From a bacterium (GTDB lineage Bacteria; Patescibacteriota; Minisyncoccia; Phycocordibacterales; PALSA-1337): 64,000 nucleotides of DNA. Each line of letters opens with the position of its first letter. The first letter of the stretch is position 1. The stretch is from positions 3,490 to 67,489 of the forward strand of contig JANXZK010000022.1 in the NCBI GenBank assembly GCA_025355565.1, in the 5' to 3' direction. The position numbers were made by a program, and so were the translations under genes. The notes beneath the pieces were generated by a model. That model was not told the DNA's origin. It saw nothing but the letters and a program-made list of their open reading frames with translations, and searched no databases. Positions 46,049-56,777 of this stretch are shown in pieces.

Positions 46049-46654
46049 TTATAATATATCTTTAAATAGTGATAAGTGCACATCTTGAACGCCTTTAACT
46101 TCATAGACAACCGCGCCACTGGCTCTACCAGCAGCAATTCCGTGAGGCGAATCTTCTACGATTATTGCTTCAGCAGGCTTGATGTTAAGTTTATTGAACG
46201 CAGTAATGTATATCTCTGGATGAGGTTTTGAATTCTTTACTTCGTCATTGCCTATGATCAGATCAAAATAATCAAAGAGTTGGGCGGACCTTAGCATCAA
46301 GTGTAGTGTGTCTTTTATCGAGTTTGAACAACATGCAATTTTATACCCATTATTTTTCAGGTGTTTAAGCATGATAATTTTTGAGTAATCGGGAATGCAG
46401 TAGACAGGTATGATCTCTTTGGTGTATTTTTGCTTAATCGAATTTATTGTTTCACAGAGGCCCGTAGGAAGTCTTCCAAGCTCTTCGAGCCTACTGATCT
46501 TCTTTCGCGTAGGTAGACCGTTGAAATAGGTAACATGTTCATCTATATCTATCTCAGCACCAAATAATCGTAGGGCTTTATTCAACGATTCATAATGTCC
46601 TTGTGGCATATCTACCAAGACGCCATCGAGATCAAATAGTATTGCCTTTATCAT
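46049..46654 (-). CDS. HAD-superfamily hydrolase (beta-phosphoglucomutase-like subfamily IA)
   Basis: MIKAILFDLDGVLVD is HAD motif I. Confidence 0.7.
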   Translation of the reverse strand: MIKAILFDLDGVLVDMPQGHYESLNKALRLFGAEIDIDEHVTYFNGLPTRKKISRLEELGRLPTGLCETINSIKQKYTKEIIPVYCIPDYSKIIMLKHLKNNGYKIACCSNSIKDTLHLMLRSAQLFDYFDLIIGNDEVKNSKPHPEIYITAFNKLNIKPAEAIIVEDSPHGIAAGRASGAVVYEVKGVQDVHLSLFKDIL

Positions 46655-46686
46655 AGGACAAACTATACTCCTGGAGGGCGCTTATT

Positions 46687-47598
46687 TCAAGCAAACATCA
46701 TCCTCAGTTTGTAGACGATCTTTTTTAACAGATTTGTCTTGTATAGCTTTCTATAATGATATCGATCAGCCTGATCGTTTGTGGCCAGTGTGTGGGGATG
46801 AACTATATTAGTCAGGTTTTCGGTGGCAATCGACAAGCCAAGATCTCCTTTTGTATGGGTGGCATCTGGGCCAAAACCTATATTTGTCACTAAGTTATAG
46901 TTAGGAATGATACCGATGCCTCCGTGACTCCAGATAGTAAAAAGCCACTTAACATCCCAGAAAATAAACTTTCCGCTATATTCTTTTTGAAAGAAACCTA
47001 ACCAGTAGCGTTGTTCATTAACGGCTCTTCTAGGCACTATTTCGTGAATTTTGTTTTTTGCAATAAAATCAGGAAACTCTCTCATGTTCTTGTCATATAA
47101 TCTCCATGCTCGCCTCCAAGTGGCCCATCCCCAGGTGGATGGGTATATAGAAAAATAGTATGAAGCATTGCCGCGTTTTTTTCCATCTTGAAAATTACTG
47201 CCAGAAATATTCATGACCTTTTGACTATCTTTGTAATGTTCGAGGAGTTCTTGGCAATAGTAGAAAAAAGAATCGTTGGGAAGACAGTCATCTTCAAGAA
47301 TAATCCCATTTTCAACGTGTTCAAAAAACCAATTTATGCTTAATTCAATAGTAATACTGCCACCATGATTTTCTCCATAGTATTTCCTGAATACTTCACA
47401 CGGCCAATCAATATTTTGAACGGCATTTCTCGTTTCTTCACATAGCTCAGCTTCTTCTTTTTTATCGAGTCTGGCACCGTCGGCAGCAATAAATAATTTT
47501 GTCGGCTTGATTTTTCTTATAGCTGCAAAAACCTGTTTAGTAACATCTGGACGATTGAATATCATTAATAATATCGGCGTTTGAAATGAGTTTTCCAT
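46687..47598 (-). CDS. putative GT-A-fold glycosyltransferase (HlpA-like), hypothetical
   Basis: PILLMIFNRPDVTKQVFAAIRKIKPTKLFIAADGAR resembles the N-terminus of GT-A-fold transferases. Confidence 0.35.
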   Translation of the reverse strand: MENSFQTPILLMIFNRPDVTKQVFAAIRKIKPTKLFIAADGARLDKKEEAELCEETRNAVQNIDWPCEVFRKYYGENHGGSITIELSINWFFEHVENGIILEDDCLPNDSFFYYCQELLEHYKDSQKVMNISGSNFQDGKKRGNASYYFSIYPSTWGWATWRRAWRLYDKNMREFPDFIAKNKIHEIVPRRAVNEQRYWLGFFQKEYSGKFIFWDVKWLFTIWSHGGIGIIPNYNLVTNIGFGPDATHTKGDLGLSIATENLTNIVHPHTLATNDQADRYHYRKLYKTNLLKKIVYKLRMMFA

Positions 47599-47624
47599 GA
47601 CAGGAAGATCGATATTTATGATCG

Positions 47625-48617
47625 CTAAATCTTATTCGCAAAAAATTCATATGATGTCTCGATCATATCTTTAACATCGACAAATCTAGGTTTCCAGTGT
47701 AACTCCCTTTGTGCCTTAGTTGAGTTGGCGATCAAGCGAGCCACATCACCAGGTCTCCTCTCTTTGAAGCTGTATTTAAGTTTCTTATTGGAAATACTCT
47801 GGGCCACTTTTATCAGATCTAACACTGAGAAACCTTTGTTGGTGCCTAAGTTGTATTGCGCACAAACATTCTTTTCATCTGTGATTTTGTTCATCGCACA
47901 AATATGTGCTTCTGCAAGGTCGCTAACATGTATATAATCTCGAATTCCTGTGCCGTCTGGAGTGGGGAAATCGTTGCCGTAAACAAAGAATTCATCCCTC
48001 CGCTCCAGTAGAGTCTCTATTATCGCCGGGATCACGTGCGTCTCTGGACTGTGGTATTCACCCAATCCGGAATTTTTGTCGCAGCCAGCTGCACAGAAGT
48101 ATCGGAGTGATACTGAAGAATATCCATACGCCCGATTGTAGTCCTTCAAAATATTTTCAAACACCAACTTTGTGTACCCATAGGTATTGGTAGGATTTTT
48201 TGGATGATCCTCATTGAGTTCCTCAGTTTGAGGTTCACCGTATACTGCAGCGGACGATGAAAAAACTATCTTTGTGACACCTGTTTCATGCATGCATTCG
48301 AGCAGATTTAGCCCGCCGATAATATTTGTGTCGTAATATTTATATGGCATGGTTACTGAGTCAGGGACATTTGCTATTGCGGCAAAATGGAAGACTATGC
48401 TGGGTTTTGTCTTATTGAAGACATCCATTAGAGATCCTTTATTTCTGATGTCAACCTCGTGGTAGGTGACTAAATCATTCGTGATCACATTTCTTCTAGA
48501 TTCTCTAAATATATCGATTACTTCGATCTTGAATCCTTGTTTAATCATGGCATTCACGACATGAGATCCGATATATCCGGCACCACCGGTGATTAATATT
48601 GTTTTATTTTGTTTCAT
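47625..48617 (-). CDS. galE: NAD-dependent sugar-nucleotide epimerase (UDP-glucose 4-epimerase GalE-like)
   Basis: ILITGGAGYIGSH is the Rossmann motif, with a YxxxK region. 330 aa. Confidence 0.75.
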   Translation of the reverse strand: MKQNKTILITGGAGYIGSHVVNAMIKQGFKIEVIDIFRESRRNVITNDLVTYHEVDIRNKGSLMDVFNKTKPSIVFHFAAIANVPDSVTMPYKYYDTNIIGGLNLLECMHETGVTKIVFSSSAAVYGEPQTEELNEDHPKNPTNTYGYTKLVFENILKDYNRAYGYSSVSLRYFCAAGCDKNSGLGEYHSPETHVIPAIIETLLERRDEFFVYGNDFPTPDGTGIRDYIHVSDLAEAHICAMNKITDEKNVCAQYNLGTNKGFSVLDLIKVAQSISNKKLKYSFKERRPGDVARLIANSTKAQRELHWKPRFVDVKDMIETSYEFFANKI

Positions 48618-48628
48618 AATAGTCGTGA

Positions 48629-49093
48629 TTATAATCCATAAAAGATATTATTACCAATGCCAAACTTTTTTCCCATCTGGAGATCTTCAACTGAATCGCT
48701 TATCAAAATTGAATTTGGCAGATCAATATCATATTTTAGACAAGCCTGCCGCAGCAGCCCATCTTTCGGTTTTCGACAATCACAGCTGTCGATGTTGTGT
48801 GGACAGTAAAAGACATCTAATATATCAATCGAATTTTTTTTGAACTCTTCTCTCATCAAAGCGTGAATATCCTTTAGTGTGCTTGTCGATAGAAGCCCCC
48901 TGGCTATACCTCTCTGGTTGGTTATCACTATGAATTCGAAGCCCTGTTTTTTTAGATCTAAACAATCATCTATTATATCATCGTTAATGACGAAATCCTC
49001 CAATCTCGTTATGTAACAGTGCTCATCTGCTTTCTTGTTAATCACACCATCTCGATCTAGAAATGCTACTTTAATTTTGGTCAATTTTTTCAT
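48629..49093 (-). CDS. gmhB: D-glycero-D-manno-heptose 1,7-bisphosphate phosphatase (HAD-IIIA, GmhB-like)
   Basis: AFLDRDGVIN, ITNQRGIARG, and the zinc motif C-x-H...C-D-C-RKPK are characteristic of GmhB and histidinol-phosphatase-like HAD-IIIA enzymes. Confidence 0.7.
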   Translation of the reverse strand: MKKLTKIKVAFLDRDGVINKKADEHCYITRLEDFVINDDIIDDCLDLKKQGFEFIVITNQRGIARGLLSTSTLKDIHALMREEFKKNSIDILDVFYCPHNIDSCDCRKPKDGLLRQACLKYDIDLPNSILISDSVEDLQMGKKFGIGNNIFYGL

Positions 49094-49128
49094 GTCATTT
49101 TATGTGGTGACTTTAGGCGGAACACATA

Positions 49129-50127
49129 TCACGAATTGAACAACATATCGACTCCAGATGACGTCAACTCAAATGGTATTCTTTTAAAATTTTCTAATTT
49201 AATTCTGGTTGCGCTGTATTCCAAAGAATTTTGGATCTTTTTGTGGTCATTGGGTTTTGCCATAATCAGCATGCACCCTCCTCCACCTGCACCCAAGATT
49301 TTGCCTCCCCAGGCGCCAGCCCTTATGGCAGCTTCATATAATATGTCTGTTTTGTTGTTAGTCACACATGAAGCTAGTGTTTTTTTTCTCATCCATCCCT
49401 CATGAAGCATGTTGGCCATGCCTCTTAGGTCTTTGTTCAATATTTTGTCTCTAAATACAAGGACCGAGTCGGACATTTTCTTATATGTTTCGAAATTATC
49501 CTCGATCTTATTCTTTTGTTCGGCCAGTACACTGCTTGCTGGTCTCGTCATACCTGTAAAAAATAACATCGTATGATTTTCAAATTCAGATTGAAATTGT
49601 TTATCGATAGGAACAGGTTCAATATCGACGGATCCGTTAGCGTTGAACGTGTATACGTTCAGTCCTCCAAAAGCTGCTGCATACTGATCTTGCTTGCCAA
49701 TCGGTTCATGTAAAATATCGATTTCGAGTTCACAAGCCGCCTTCGCTGCTTTTTCTCTGCTAATATCTTTTCCCTTATTGGCGTAAAGCGCTTTCATCAA
49801 TGCAACACTGAAGGTCGATGATGACCCTAGGCCGGTCTTTGCAGGAAGATCTGCAAATGAAGCTATCTCCATGCCAGTACTCAATTTCAACTTCAACAAA
49901 GCCTCTTTAAATCTAGTGTGTTTAAATTCGCGTGGATGGTCGGCTGTTTCCGTTTCGAGATATTTGATAATAAACTTTCCGGACCAATCGTTTTGGTTCG
50001 TCACGATGTAAACAAATTTGTCTATGCTTGTAGAAATGACTCGACCTGGATAGCGCGAGTAGAATTCTTTTATGTCAGTGCCTCCACCGACGAAGCTAAT
50101 TCTAAGTGGTGCTCTTGTAATTATCAT
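49129..50127 (-). CDS. hddA: GHMP-family sugar kinase (D-glycero-D-manno-heptose 7-phosphate kinase HddA-like)
   Basis: IITRAPLRISFVGGGTDIKEFY matches the N-terminus of HddA-type GHMP kinases. GLGSSS ATP-binding motif. Confidence 0.65.
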   Translation of the reverse strand: MIITRAPLRISFVGGGTDIKEFYSRYPGRVISTSIDKFVYIVTNQNDWSGKFIIKYLETETADHPREFKHTRFKEALLKLKLSTGMEIASFADLPAKTGLGSSSTFSVALMKALYANKGKDISREKAAKAACELEIDILHEPIGKQDQYAAAFGGLNVYTFNANGSVDIEPVPIDKQFQSEFENHTMLFFTGMTRPASSVLAEQKNKIEDNFETYKKMSDSVLVFRDKILNKDLRGMANMLHEGWMRKKTLASCVTNNKTDILYEAAIRAGAWGGKILGAGGGGCMLIMAKPNDHKKIQNSLEYSATRIKLENFKRIPFELTSSGVDMLFNS

Positions 50128-50145
50128 AAAATTAATCGATACATA

Positions 50146-50934
50146 TCATTTCAAATTTCGGCAGATTGCGACGACAAATCTAGATTTTTCTACCCATACC
50201 ATGTCACTTTTCAGAATGATATCGGACATTTCCAGTTTAAGCTTGATACGATTAATGATATATAGCTTAATAGTGTTGTTGATGCTATAGGGGATTAACC
50301 ATTTAAAGGCAAACAGGACAGGATTTACGATCTTCCAAATAAAATGATCGTTGTAGATTGGTGTCCGCTGGCCATAGAACTCTTCTATGACGAAAAATTC
50401 GCCGAGGGCTTTTTTGAATTCAGATATCGTCATTTCAAAGACATGATGCGGATTGATGGGTCTTTTTGTGCCAGGGGAGTACAGCGTCTTGTTTGGTGTA
50501 GAGATGTAGACTAGTCCGTTTGGCTTCAGCACCCTTTTTACTTCTGACAGAAGTCTTTTCCAATCATGGAGATGCTCAAAAACTTCAAAGGCAGATACTT
50601 CGTCAAAAGTATTGTCTGGGAACGGGATGTCAAGACAACTACCAACTTTGAACTCGATGTTGTCCATCTGCCAGTTATCTCTTGCGTAGATTATGGCATC
50701 TTCAGAAATGTCGACACCGTAGACCATCTTAAACTTTTTTGCCAATGTATTGCTACCGTGACCTGAACCACAACCGATATCTAGTACGATCTTATCTTTA
50801 CCACCTTTCAAAAGCTCGTATCTGACCAAATGCTCGAGCAAGTTATTTCTCGACAAGTTACTTTTACTTTCCATTCGTTCGCCACCAAATTTATTTTCTT
50901 TGATCATGATTGTTGGATGCAATTTCTTGGGCAA
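50146..50934 (-). CDS. class I SAM-dependent methyltransferase
   Basis: VLDIGCGSGHGS is the SAM-binding motif I. Confidence 0.7.
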   Translation of the reverse strand: MPKKLHPTIMIKENKFGGERMESKSNLSRNNLLEHLVRYELLKGGKDKIVLDIGCGSGHGSNTLAKKFKMVYGVDISEDAIIYARDNWQMDNIEFKVGSCLDIPFPDNTFDEVSAFEVFEHLHDWKRLLSEVKRVLKPNGLVYISTPNKTLYSPGTKRPINPHHVFEMTISEFKKALGEFFVIEEFYGQRTPIYNDHFIWKIVNPVLFAFKWLIPYSINNTIKLYIINRIKLKLEMSDIILKSDMVWVEKSRFVVAICRNLK

Positions 50935-51634
50935 TTTTATACTGTTCTATTGTGCCGATATCGATTAAAAAATCACTGATTTTGAAAACAGACATCTTTT
51001 CGTTCTTTTTAAGTAGGTATGGAAATACGTCGTGACCAAAGTCCAATGTTACTTGTTGATCACTGAGTGGACTGATCTTTTCTATCAGTTCCGTCTTTAT
51101 GACATAAATACCACAATTGGAATAGTTTGATATTACCTCATCTTTGCTCGGCTTTTCCTTAAAATGTTTTATCTCATCGTTCTCGTCAAACACAATCATA
51201 CCTTTTTCTTGTATATTTTCAACTTTATTACACACGATCGTCGCGAGACTGTTTCGCATCTCATGGAATGAGATCAGCTCTCGATAGTTAAGATTTGTGA
51301 AGTCGTCCCCATAAATGATCAGCAAGTTTTTGTCATTAGCGAAGTAGGCTCTATTTGCAATCATAGTTCCAGCGCTTCCTAGTAGAGATTTTTCATAGGT
51401 CACAGTGATCGTCAGTCCATTATTTTTCTCATTGTATAGGTCACAATAATCTTGCACTATGTCTGACAAGTAGTGAGTATTGATCAAGACGTCGGTTATA
51501 TTGCTACGACGAAGACTCTCCAGATGGTAATCTAATAGGGGTATTCCGTTAATTGGAACCAATACTTTTGGGATAGTATCGGTCAATGGTTTTAGCCTTG
51601 TTCCTAATCCCGCAGCTAAAATTAGCGCTTTCAT
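50891..51634 (-). CDS. hddC: sugar-1-phosphate nucleotidyltransferase (HddC / mannose-1-P guanylyltransferase-like)
   Basis: MKALILAAGLGTRLKPLTDTIPKVLVPI is the NTP-transferase signature. It lies adjacent to gmhB and hddA. Confidence 0.65.
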   Translation of the reverse strand: MKALILAAGLGTRLKPLTDTIPKVLVPINGIPLLDYHLESLRRSNITDVLINTHYLSDIVQDYCDLYNEKNNGLTITVTYEKSLLGSAGTMIANRAYFANDKNLLIIYGDDFTNLNYRELISFHEMRNSLATIVCNKVENIQEKGMIVFDENDEIKHFKEKPSKDEVISNYSNCGIYVIKTELIEKISPLSDQQVTLDFGHDVFPYLLKKNEKMSVFKISDFLIDIGTIEQYKIAQEIASNNHDQRK

Positions 51635-52635
51635 TTTGTCATTGGGTTTTTATCTGTGGCTTCAATTTTATTGTCCCAATAATTTAGAAGGTCAGACAGG
51701 GTCTGTTCTATGGGAATTTTAGGAGTCCAGTTTGTAGCTTTGTATAATTTGCGGAAATCTGGAATCTGGACATCAATGTCGATTGGTCGCCATAGCTTTT
51801 GATCTATCTCTGTCCTGACTTTTCCTTTTAGATTTCGCAGATTTATCATAATATCTAAGATCTCTCCAATAGAATATATTGCATCTCCTCCTACATTGTA
51901 CGCTTCACCTCCTTTTGCCTTTTGCATTAGAGCGTAATAAGCTTTTACACAATCTCTGACGTCGATAATCGATCTGACAGATTTCAAATTCCCAACCTTG
52001 ATTACGGGCTTTTGTAAACCTTTTGTAATCCTGGATATCTGTATTGCGTCAGAAGATATAGAGAACATGTTTCCTCTCCTCGGTCCGGTATGAGAGAATG
52101 CTCTGGAAACAAAGTATGGTTTGTTTAATGATATTGCTCTTTCTCGGATATATAGATCTAAACAAGCCTTACTGACACCATAAGGATTGACTGGTGATAT
52201 CGGAAATGATTCGTTTATCTTACCAGCCTTTTTCGGCACGTTCCCGTAGACTTCTGAAGTCGAGCAAAACATAAATCTACAGTCAGGTTGTTTTTCAAAC
52301 ATTGCTTCAAACAAATTGAGCGTGCCAATGACATTCGTATGCATAGTTCCTTCGGGATCATTAAAACTTGTTGGTGGGTGGCTCTGCGCAGCGAGGTGGA
52401 AGACACCATTGAAAACAGTACTACCAAATATTTTTACTAACGATTTACGATCTAATAAGTCACCATAGACAAATCGGATCTTCGAAAAGTTTACATCTGG
52501 TACAATATCTCTGATGTCGTTTTCTCTTCCGTTTGAGGATCGAACTAGCCCATATACTTCATGACCTTTACCTATCAATAAATTGGCCAAATGAGGCCCG
52601 GCGAAACCCGTTATTCCTGTTATTAAGTATCTCAT
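51631..52635 (-). CDS. GDP-sugar 4,6-dehydratase (Gmd-like SDR; candidate GDP-heptose or GDP-mannose 4,6-dehydratase)
   Basis: YLITGITGFAGPHLANLLIGKGHEVYGLVRSS closely follows the Gmd N-terminus ([28 protein letters not shown]). Confidence 0.7.
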   Translation of the reverse strand: MRYLITGITGFAGPHLANLLIGKGHEVYGLVRSSNGRENDIRDIVPDVNFSKIRFVYGDLLDRKSLVKIFGSTVFNGVFHLAAQSHPPTSFNDPEGTMHTNVIGTLNLFEAMFEKQPDCRFMFCSTSEVYGNVPKKAGKINESFPISPVNPYGVSKACLDLYIRERAISLNKPYFVSRAFSHTGPRRGNMFSISSDAIQISRITKGLQKPVIKVGNLKSVRSIIDVRDCVKAYYALMQKAKGGEAYNVGGDAIYSIGEILDIMINLRNLKGKVRTEIDQKLWRPIDIDVQIPDFRKLYKATNWTPKIPIEQTLSDLLNYWDNKIEATDKNPMTK

Positions 52636-52697
52636 GCATCGTTTTGTTATTTTATAATGATTTCCAGTATAAGCATTTTGTCGAACATTTACAATAT

Positions 52698-54680
52698 CTA
52701 GACAGATTTAAGATATTTACCTCTGGAGTTGAAGAAGCAAAAATTATAAACGCTGCTATTCATCGCATTATATGGCAGAATCACTGAAAATGGTTTGTTT
52801 AAACAGGCTGATATTGCCGCCCCACCTGAGGATGTTCCGATATAGTATTTACACGAATATATCATATCTACAAATCCAAAGAGATCCTGTTTTTTTGGAT
52901 CAATGTGTTCTATCCTGTCGATTTTGGTCAAATGATTCACCGCCTCTTTATAGAAGATATCCTTTTGAAATTTCCATCCAAATCTCTTACCGCTTATGCT
53001 ATTTTCGTCAATCAAAATTACATTATTCAGGTATTTGACTAGCGTTGGCTTGTAATATATCTCTGGTAGCCCATTTCCCGTGAGGTGGAACTGATTTTCA
53101 ATAGTTTCGATCACATTTTTTCCTCCTTTGTCGAAAATGAATTCTTTCAAGCGGTTTTCTCTCACAAATTTTTTATATACAAACGGTCTGGTGGATATCT
53201 TTACCCCCTTAAAATAGGGATTTAGTCCAAAACACAATTTTAGTATGTCGACATTTCTCAGTCTTGTCAGACTTTGTTCTGTTATGTAAAAGTCTACGCC
53301 ATATTGCACTTTTAATAATCTTGGTAGACTGGAATAAGCTAGCCAATCTCCGATTCCACCATATTGAATATCAAACACGACTTCTTTTTTGAGCTCAAGT
53401 ATGGTCTGTATTTCTTCACAGTATTTCCTATATTCTTTACCCTCACGTATCAAGACAAAACATTTAGCAACAAATATATAGCAGTACAGTATTGGATAGT
53501 ATATAACCTTGATAGACTTGATTATTTTTTTTAGCTTCCTGAGTAACCGTGTGATTATACGCGATTTGCTACGGTAACGTTTGTTTGGGAGGTTTGTTAG
53601 AGATAATTCTCTGAACAAGTCGTCGATGTCTTTTTGTCTCAAAGGTGCTAGACAATCAATCAGTTTATAATATGTCGAGGCCGTCCGGTTTCCAGTTCTC
53701 ACTGAAGCAAGTAAATAATTTAGCGCAATTTTGTAATTTCTTTTAACATATTCGTTATTTCCGAGCCAAAACAACCAGTATGGATTAAGTCGTTCTTCTC
53801 TTGCAATTTTTTCAATCTGAGCTGGACTTAATAATAGTTGCTCATAGTTTTCAACAAGGCAATCTCGGTTACTTTTTATCATTTCTAGGATGTTCTCTTC
53901 GGAATTGATATCATATTCGAGAATCAAGTTTTTTACTCGGTCATTGAAAATATATATGAATTCTTCTAATATCAACTTTAGATTGTAATTGACCTTGCCC
54001 GATTCATATTCTCTCAGGTAGTATGATTTATGAAAATCAACTCGATGATAATATGTAGTGTCAGGACACGTGAACGCTACAAGACCTGCAGCCAAAAATC
54101 TGAAGGCCATCCCTTGTGTATCGAAACCATGGTTAGTTGGATATCCACCGATAGTGTTAAACGCGGATCTCGTGATCATAAATGTAGAATACAATGAACA
54201 TGATCCATCTTCATTTGTCGAAAATAGACTAATGAAAGGGATTTTCTTTCCGACGTAGCCAAAGTTGCTGACATAGGCAACATTATTTAGATTTTTGCCT
54301 TTAAATTTTATTGATGTACTTATTCCTACTGCATCACAATGTTTATTATGCAAAAACTTGAGCATCTTACTGAGAGTATTATCTCCTAGCATGTCATCAC
54401 TATCTAAACAAAAAAGTACTTCAGAAGTCGAGTTTGCAGCAGCAGTATTTCTTGTAGCCCCTCCGCCTAGGTTTGTGGTGTGAAATAGACACTTTACATT
54501 GTCATATTTCTCCGCGATCTTTGCCATAATCTTTTTGGTGTCGTCCGTTGAGCAATCATCAACCATGATGATATCGAATGATGACTTGTCCAGACCTTGT
54601 CGGAAGCACGAATTAACAGCTTCAGATAGTGTGTGTTCGCAGTTATAACAGGGTATTATGATTGTCAGAAGCGGGTTCAT
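52698..54680 (-). CDS. two-domain glycosyltransferase: N-terminal GT2 plus C-terminal GT9-like (heptosyltransferase-like) domain
   Basis: N-terminus LTIIIPCYNCEHTLSEAVNSC...IIMVDDCSTDDT is GT2. C-terminus GGIGDWLAYSSLPRLL ... YIGTSSGGAAISACLNKPFSVI resembles GT9 motifs (the -DSGpmHLAAAlg-P-v-LFG block). Confidence 0.6.
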   Translation of the reverse strand: MNPLLTIIIPCYNCEHTLSEAVNSCFRQGLDKSSFDIIMVDDCSTDDTKKIMAKIAEKYDNVKCLFHTTNLGGGATRNTAAANSTSEVLFCLDSDDMLGDNTLSKMLKFLHNKHCDAVGISTSIKFKGKNLNNVAYVSNFGYVGKKIPFISLFSTNEDGSCSLYSTFMITRSAFNTIGGYPTNHGFDTQGMAFRFLAAGLVAFTCPDTTYYHRVDFHKSYYLREYESGKVNYNLKLILEEFIYIFNDRVKNLILEYDINSEENILEMIKSNRDCLVENYEQLLLSPAQIEKIAREERLNPYWLFWLGNNEYVKRNYKIALNYLLASVRTGNRTASTYYKLIDCLAPLRQKDIDDLFRELSLTNLPNKRYRSKSRIITRLLRKLKKIIKSIKVIYYPILYCYIFVAKCFVLIREGKEYRKYCEEIQTILELKKEVVFDIQYGGIGDWLAYSSLPRLLKVQYGVDFYITEQSLTRLRNVDILKLCFGLNPYFKGVKISTRPFVYKKFVRENRLKEFIFDKGGKNVIETIENQFHLTGNGLPEIYYKPTLVKYLNNVILIDENSISGKRFGWKFQKDIFYKEAVNHLTKIDRIEHIDPKKQDLFGFVDMIYSCKYYIGTSSGGAAISACLNKPFSVILPYNAMNSSVYNFCFFNSRGKYLKSV

Positions 54681-55750
54681 ATGTGATTACTTGATACGTT
54701 ATTATGGTTTGATAACCTTGTCCTTATCGTGTGAATAACGACATTGTTGATGAATCTGATCTTGCTGAGGAGATTTAATCCGGGCAGTTTCCAGAGGTCT
54801 GATTTCCAAAAAACGCTTTGAGGAAGCCACCATGTCTTTCCATCATTGATACAGTATAAGTACCATCGTCCCAAAAGAGCTTTAAGGAAGAAGAACTTAT
54901 TGAAGGTACCGGCATCATTATTCGCTATGATAAGTTTATTAAACCATTTGCTTAATTCGTCGCCATTCTTAATAGAAAATGGCAATTGGCCACTACAAAA
55001 TTTGTAGTGAAAGATCAGTTCTTCTTTTGAATATGAAAATCTAAGCTTTGAAAGTTGGTGGGAGTAAATGGTTTGCATTGCGGTGGAATAATTCTGCCTA
55101 TGCGTTTTTGATAGATTTTCGCCATGCTCTCTTATCTGCGTCAATATCTCTTGTAGGTTCCACATCTTATACTTACTATCGATTCTGGTCCAAAGATGAT
55201 AATCCTCAGCAGGTGTGGTATCTGTCATGTATGGGACTTCAGGTAGTGCATTTTTTCGGATCATCACTGCTGAATGTGCGAAATAGTCAGAAAATAGTAA
55301 GATACTCGGTATCTCTGTTGAGGTCGCGGTAAACGACCAAATCATTCCCGCTGATATATTGTTTGTACTATCAATCGTTTCTGTATATGATCCAATCATG
55401 CCAAAGTCAGGGTGTTTATTTAAAAAATCGACCTGTTTTTGTAGTCTTGAAGGATATGACCAGTCATCACTATCCAGAACCGCAATATACTTGCCCTTTG
55501 AAACACTGATTCCTAAATTGCGTGATTTGGCGGCGCCAATGTTTTCTTTGTTAGAGATCAGGTAGATTCTACTGTCTGCAAATGAGTTTATTATCATTTT
55601 TGTTCTATCAGAGGATTTGTCATCTATAATGATGAGTTCGAAATCAATAAGCGTTTGATCCAGTATGCTTTTTATCGCATAACCGATATATTTTTCTCGA
55701 TTATATGCCGCCATAATAACCGACACGGTTGGAAGGCTGTTATTGGTCAT
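54677..55750 (-). CDS. glycosyltransferase family 2
   Basis: VSVIMAAYNREKYIGYAIKSILDQTLIDFELIIIDDKSSDRT is the GT2 signature. Confidence 0.75.
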   Translation of the reverse strand: MTNNSLPTVSVIMAAYNREKYIGYAIKSILDQTLIDFELIIIDDKSSDRTKMIINSFADSRIYLISNKENIGAAKSRNLGISVSKGKYIAVLDSDDWSYPSRLQKQVDFLNKHPDFGMIGSYTETIDSTNNISAGMIWSFTATSTEIPSILLFSDYFAHSAVMIRKNALPEVPYMTDTTPAEDYHLWTRIDSKYKMWNLQEILTQIREHGENLSKTHRQNYSTAMQTIYSHQLSKLRFSYSKEELIFHYKFCSGQLPFSIKNGDELSKWFNKLIIANNDAGTFNKFFFLKALLGRWYLYCINDGKTWWLPQSVFWKSDLWKLPGLNLLSKIRFINNVVIHTIRTRLSNHNNVSSNHI

Positions 55751-56777
55751 GATTTCTCTTTATGAAATTGTACCCAATAATTTCGTGGGCTGCTGTGTTC
55801 ATATACTCGTAAAAAGCTCTAAAGTCGATCTGGTAGCCGTTATTCCATCTTTCTAGTAATTCGTCCTGATGGATATCGCCATGACGATTATCGACGTCAG
55901 TTTGTACTCTGTTGCAAGGTATGTTGAATAGTCTAGATTTTTTATATGCTATACCGAAGCGTTGCAAAAAAATAGGGTTGAATATTTGCAGGTTTCCTTC
56001 GTAAGTATTTGGCGATGAGAAGGATATGTATTTGGTCATTGCGAGTATCTCTTTAGTAGAAAATACATGGCCGTCTAAAGATATCGGATATCCCCAATCA
56101 AATGTCCCTTCATTCCATTTCCAGCGTATTTTGCCGGTTTGTCCGCCTTCCATGGAGACGAACTTTGGTAATGGTTGAGGGCTATCTGCGTTATATGATG
56201 TCTGGAGATTAGATCCCAATCTTAAACTTAAGACTGAGTTACGAGTATCTACATTATTTATCTCTGATATATCGATCTTTTCTGTTATGAGAATATCATC
56301 CACCAAGAAAAACATCTTATCCGTGTTAATGTTTTCCAAAACATCAATGAGTTGGTTGTGAAATGAAGAATCATTATTTTGTTCGACAAACTGTATGGAT
56401 CTTGATTTTAATGACTTTATTATTTCAGAATACGCTCGCGCAAAACTTCTATTCGTAGCACGAAATAGAACAAATATTGGTATAGTGGTACTTGCATTAT
56501 CTAGGAATGAGGAAATCAACCCGTGAAGTTGCATTGGTCTGTTCATAGAGAATATGATACAGCAGATTCCGCGTGTTAACGCTTTATCGTCAGATATAAC
56601 GCTATTATAAAAATTTGATAAGGACTCAATTTTTTGCTCGTTTTTACGACATATTTTTGGTCCATATGTAGTCGGTTTTAACCCAATGGCTGAAAAAAGT
56701 CGGTCCATCATCCTAATAAATAAGTGCCAGCTTCGATGATACATTCGGATTATTTTTATATTATCGTGATTGGACAT
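55740..56777 (-). CDS. hypothetical protein (possible glycosyltransferase-like)
   Basis: 345-aa ORF embedded in the glycan operon. No clear motif. Confidence 0.3.
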   Translation of the reverse strand: MSNHDNIKIIRMYHRSWHLFIRMMDRLFSAIGLKPTTYGPKICRKNEQKIESLSNFYNSVISDDKALTRGICCIIFSMNRPMQLHGLISSFLDNASTTIPIFVLFRATNRSFARAYSEIIKSLKSRSIQFVEQNNDSSFHNQLIDVLENINTDKMFFLVDDILITEKIDISEINNVDTRNSVLSLRLGSNLQTSYNADSPQPLPKFVSMEGGQTGKIRWKWNEGTFDWGYPISLDGHVFSTKEILAMTKYISFSSPNTYEGNLQIFNPIFLQRFGIAYKKSRLFNIPCNRVQTDVDNRHGDIHQDELLERWNNGYQIDFRAFYEYMNTAAHEIIGYNFIKRNHDQ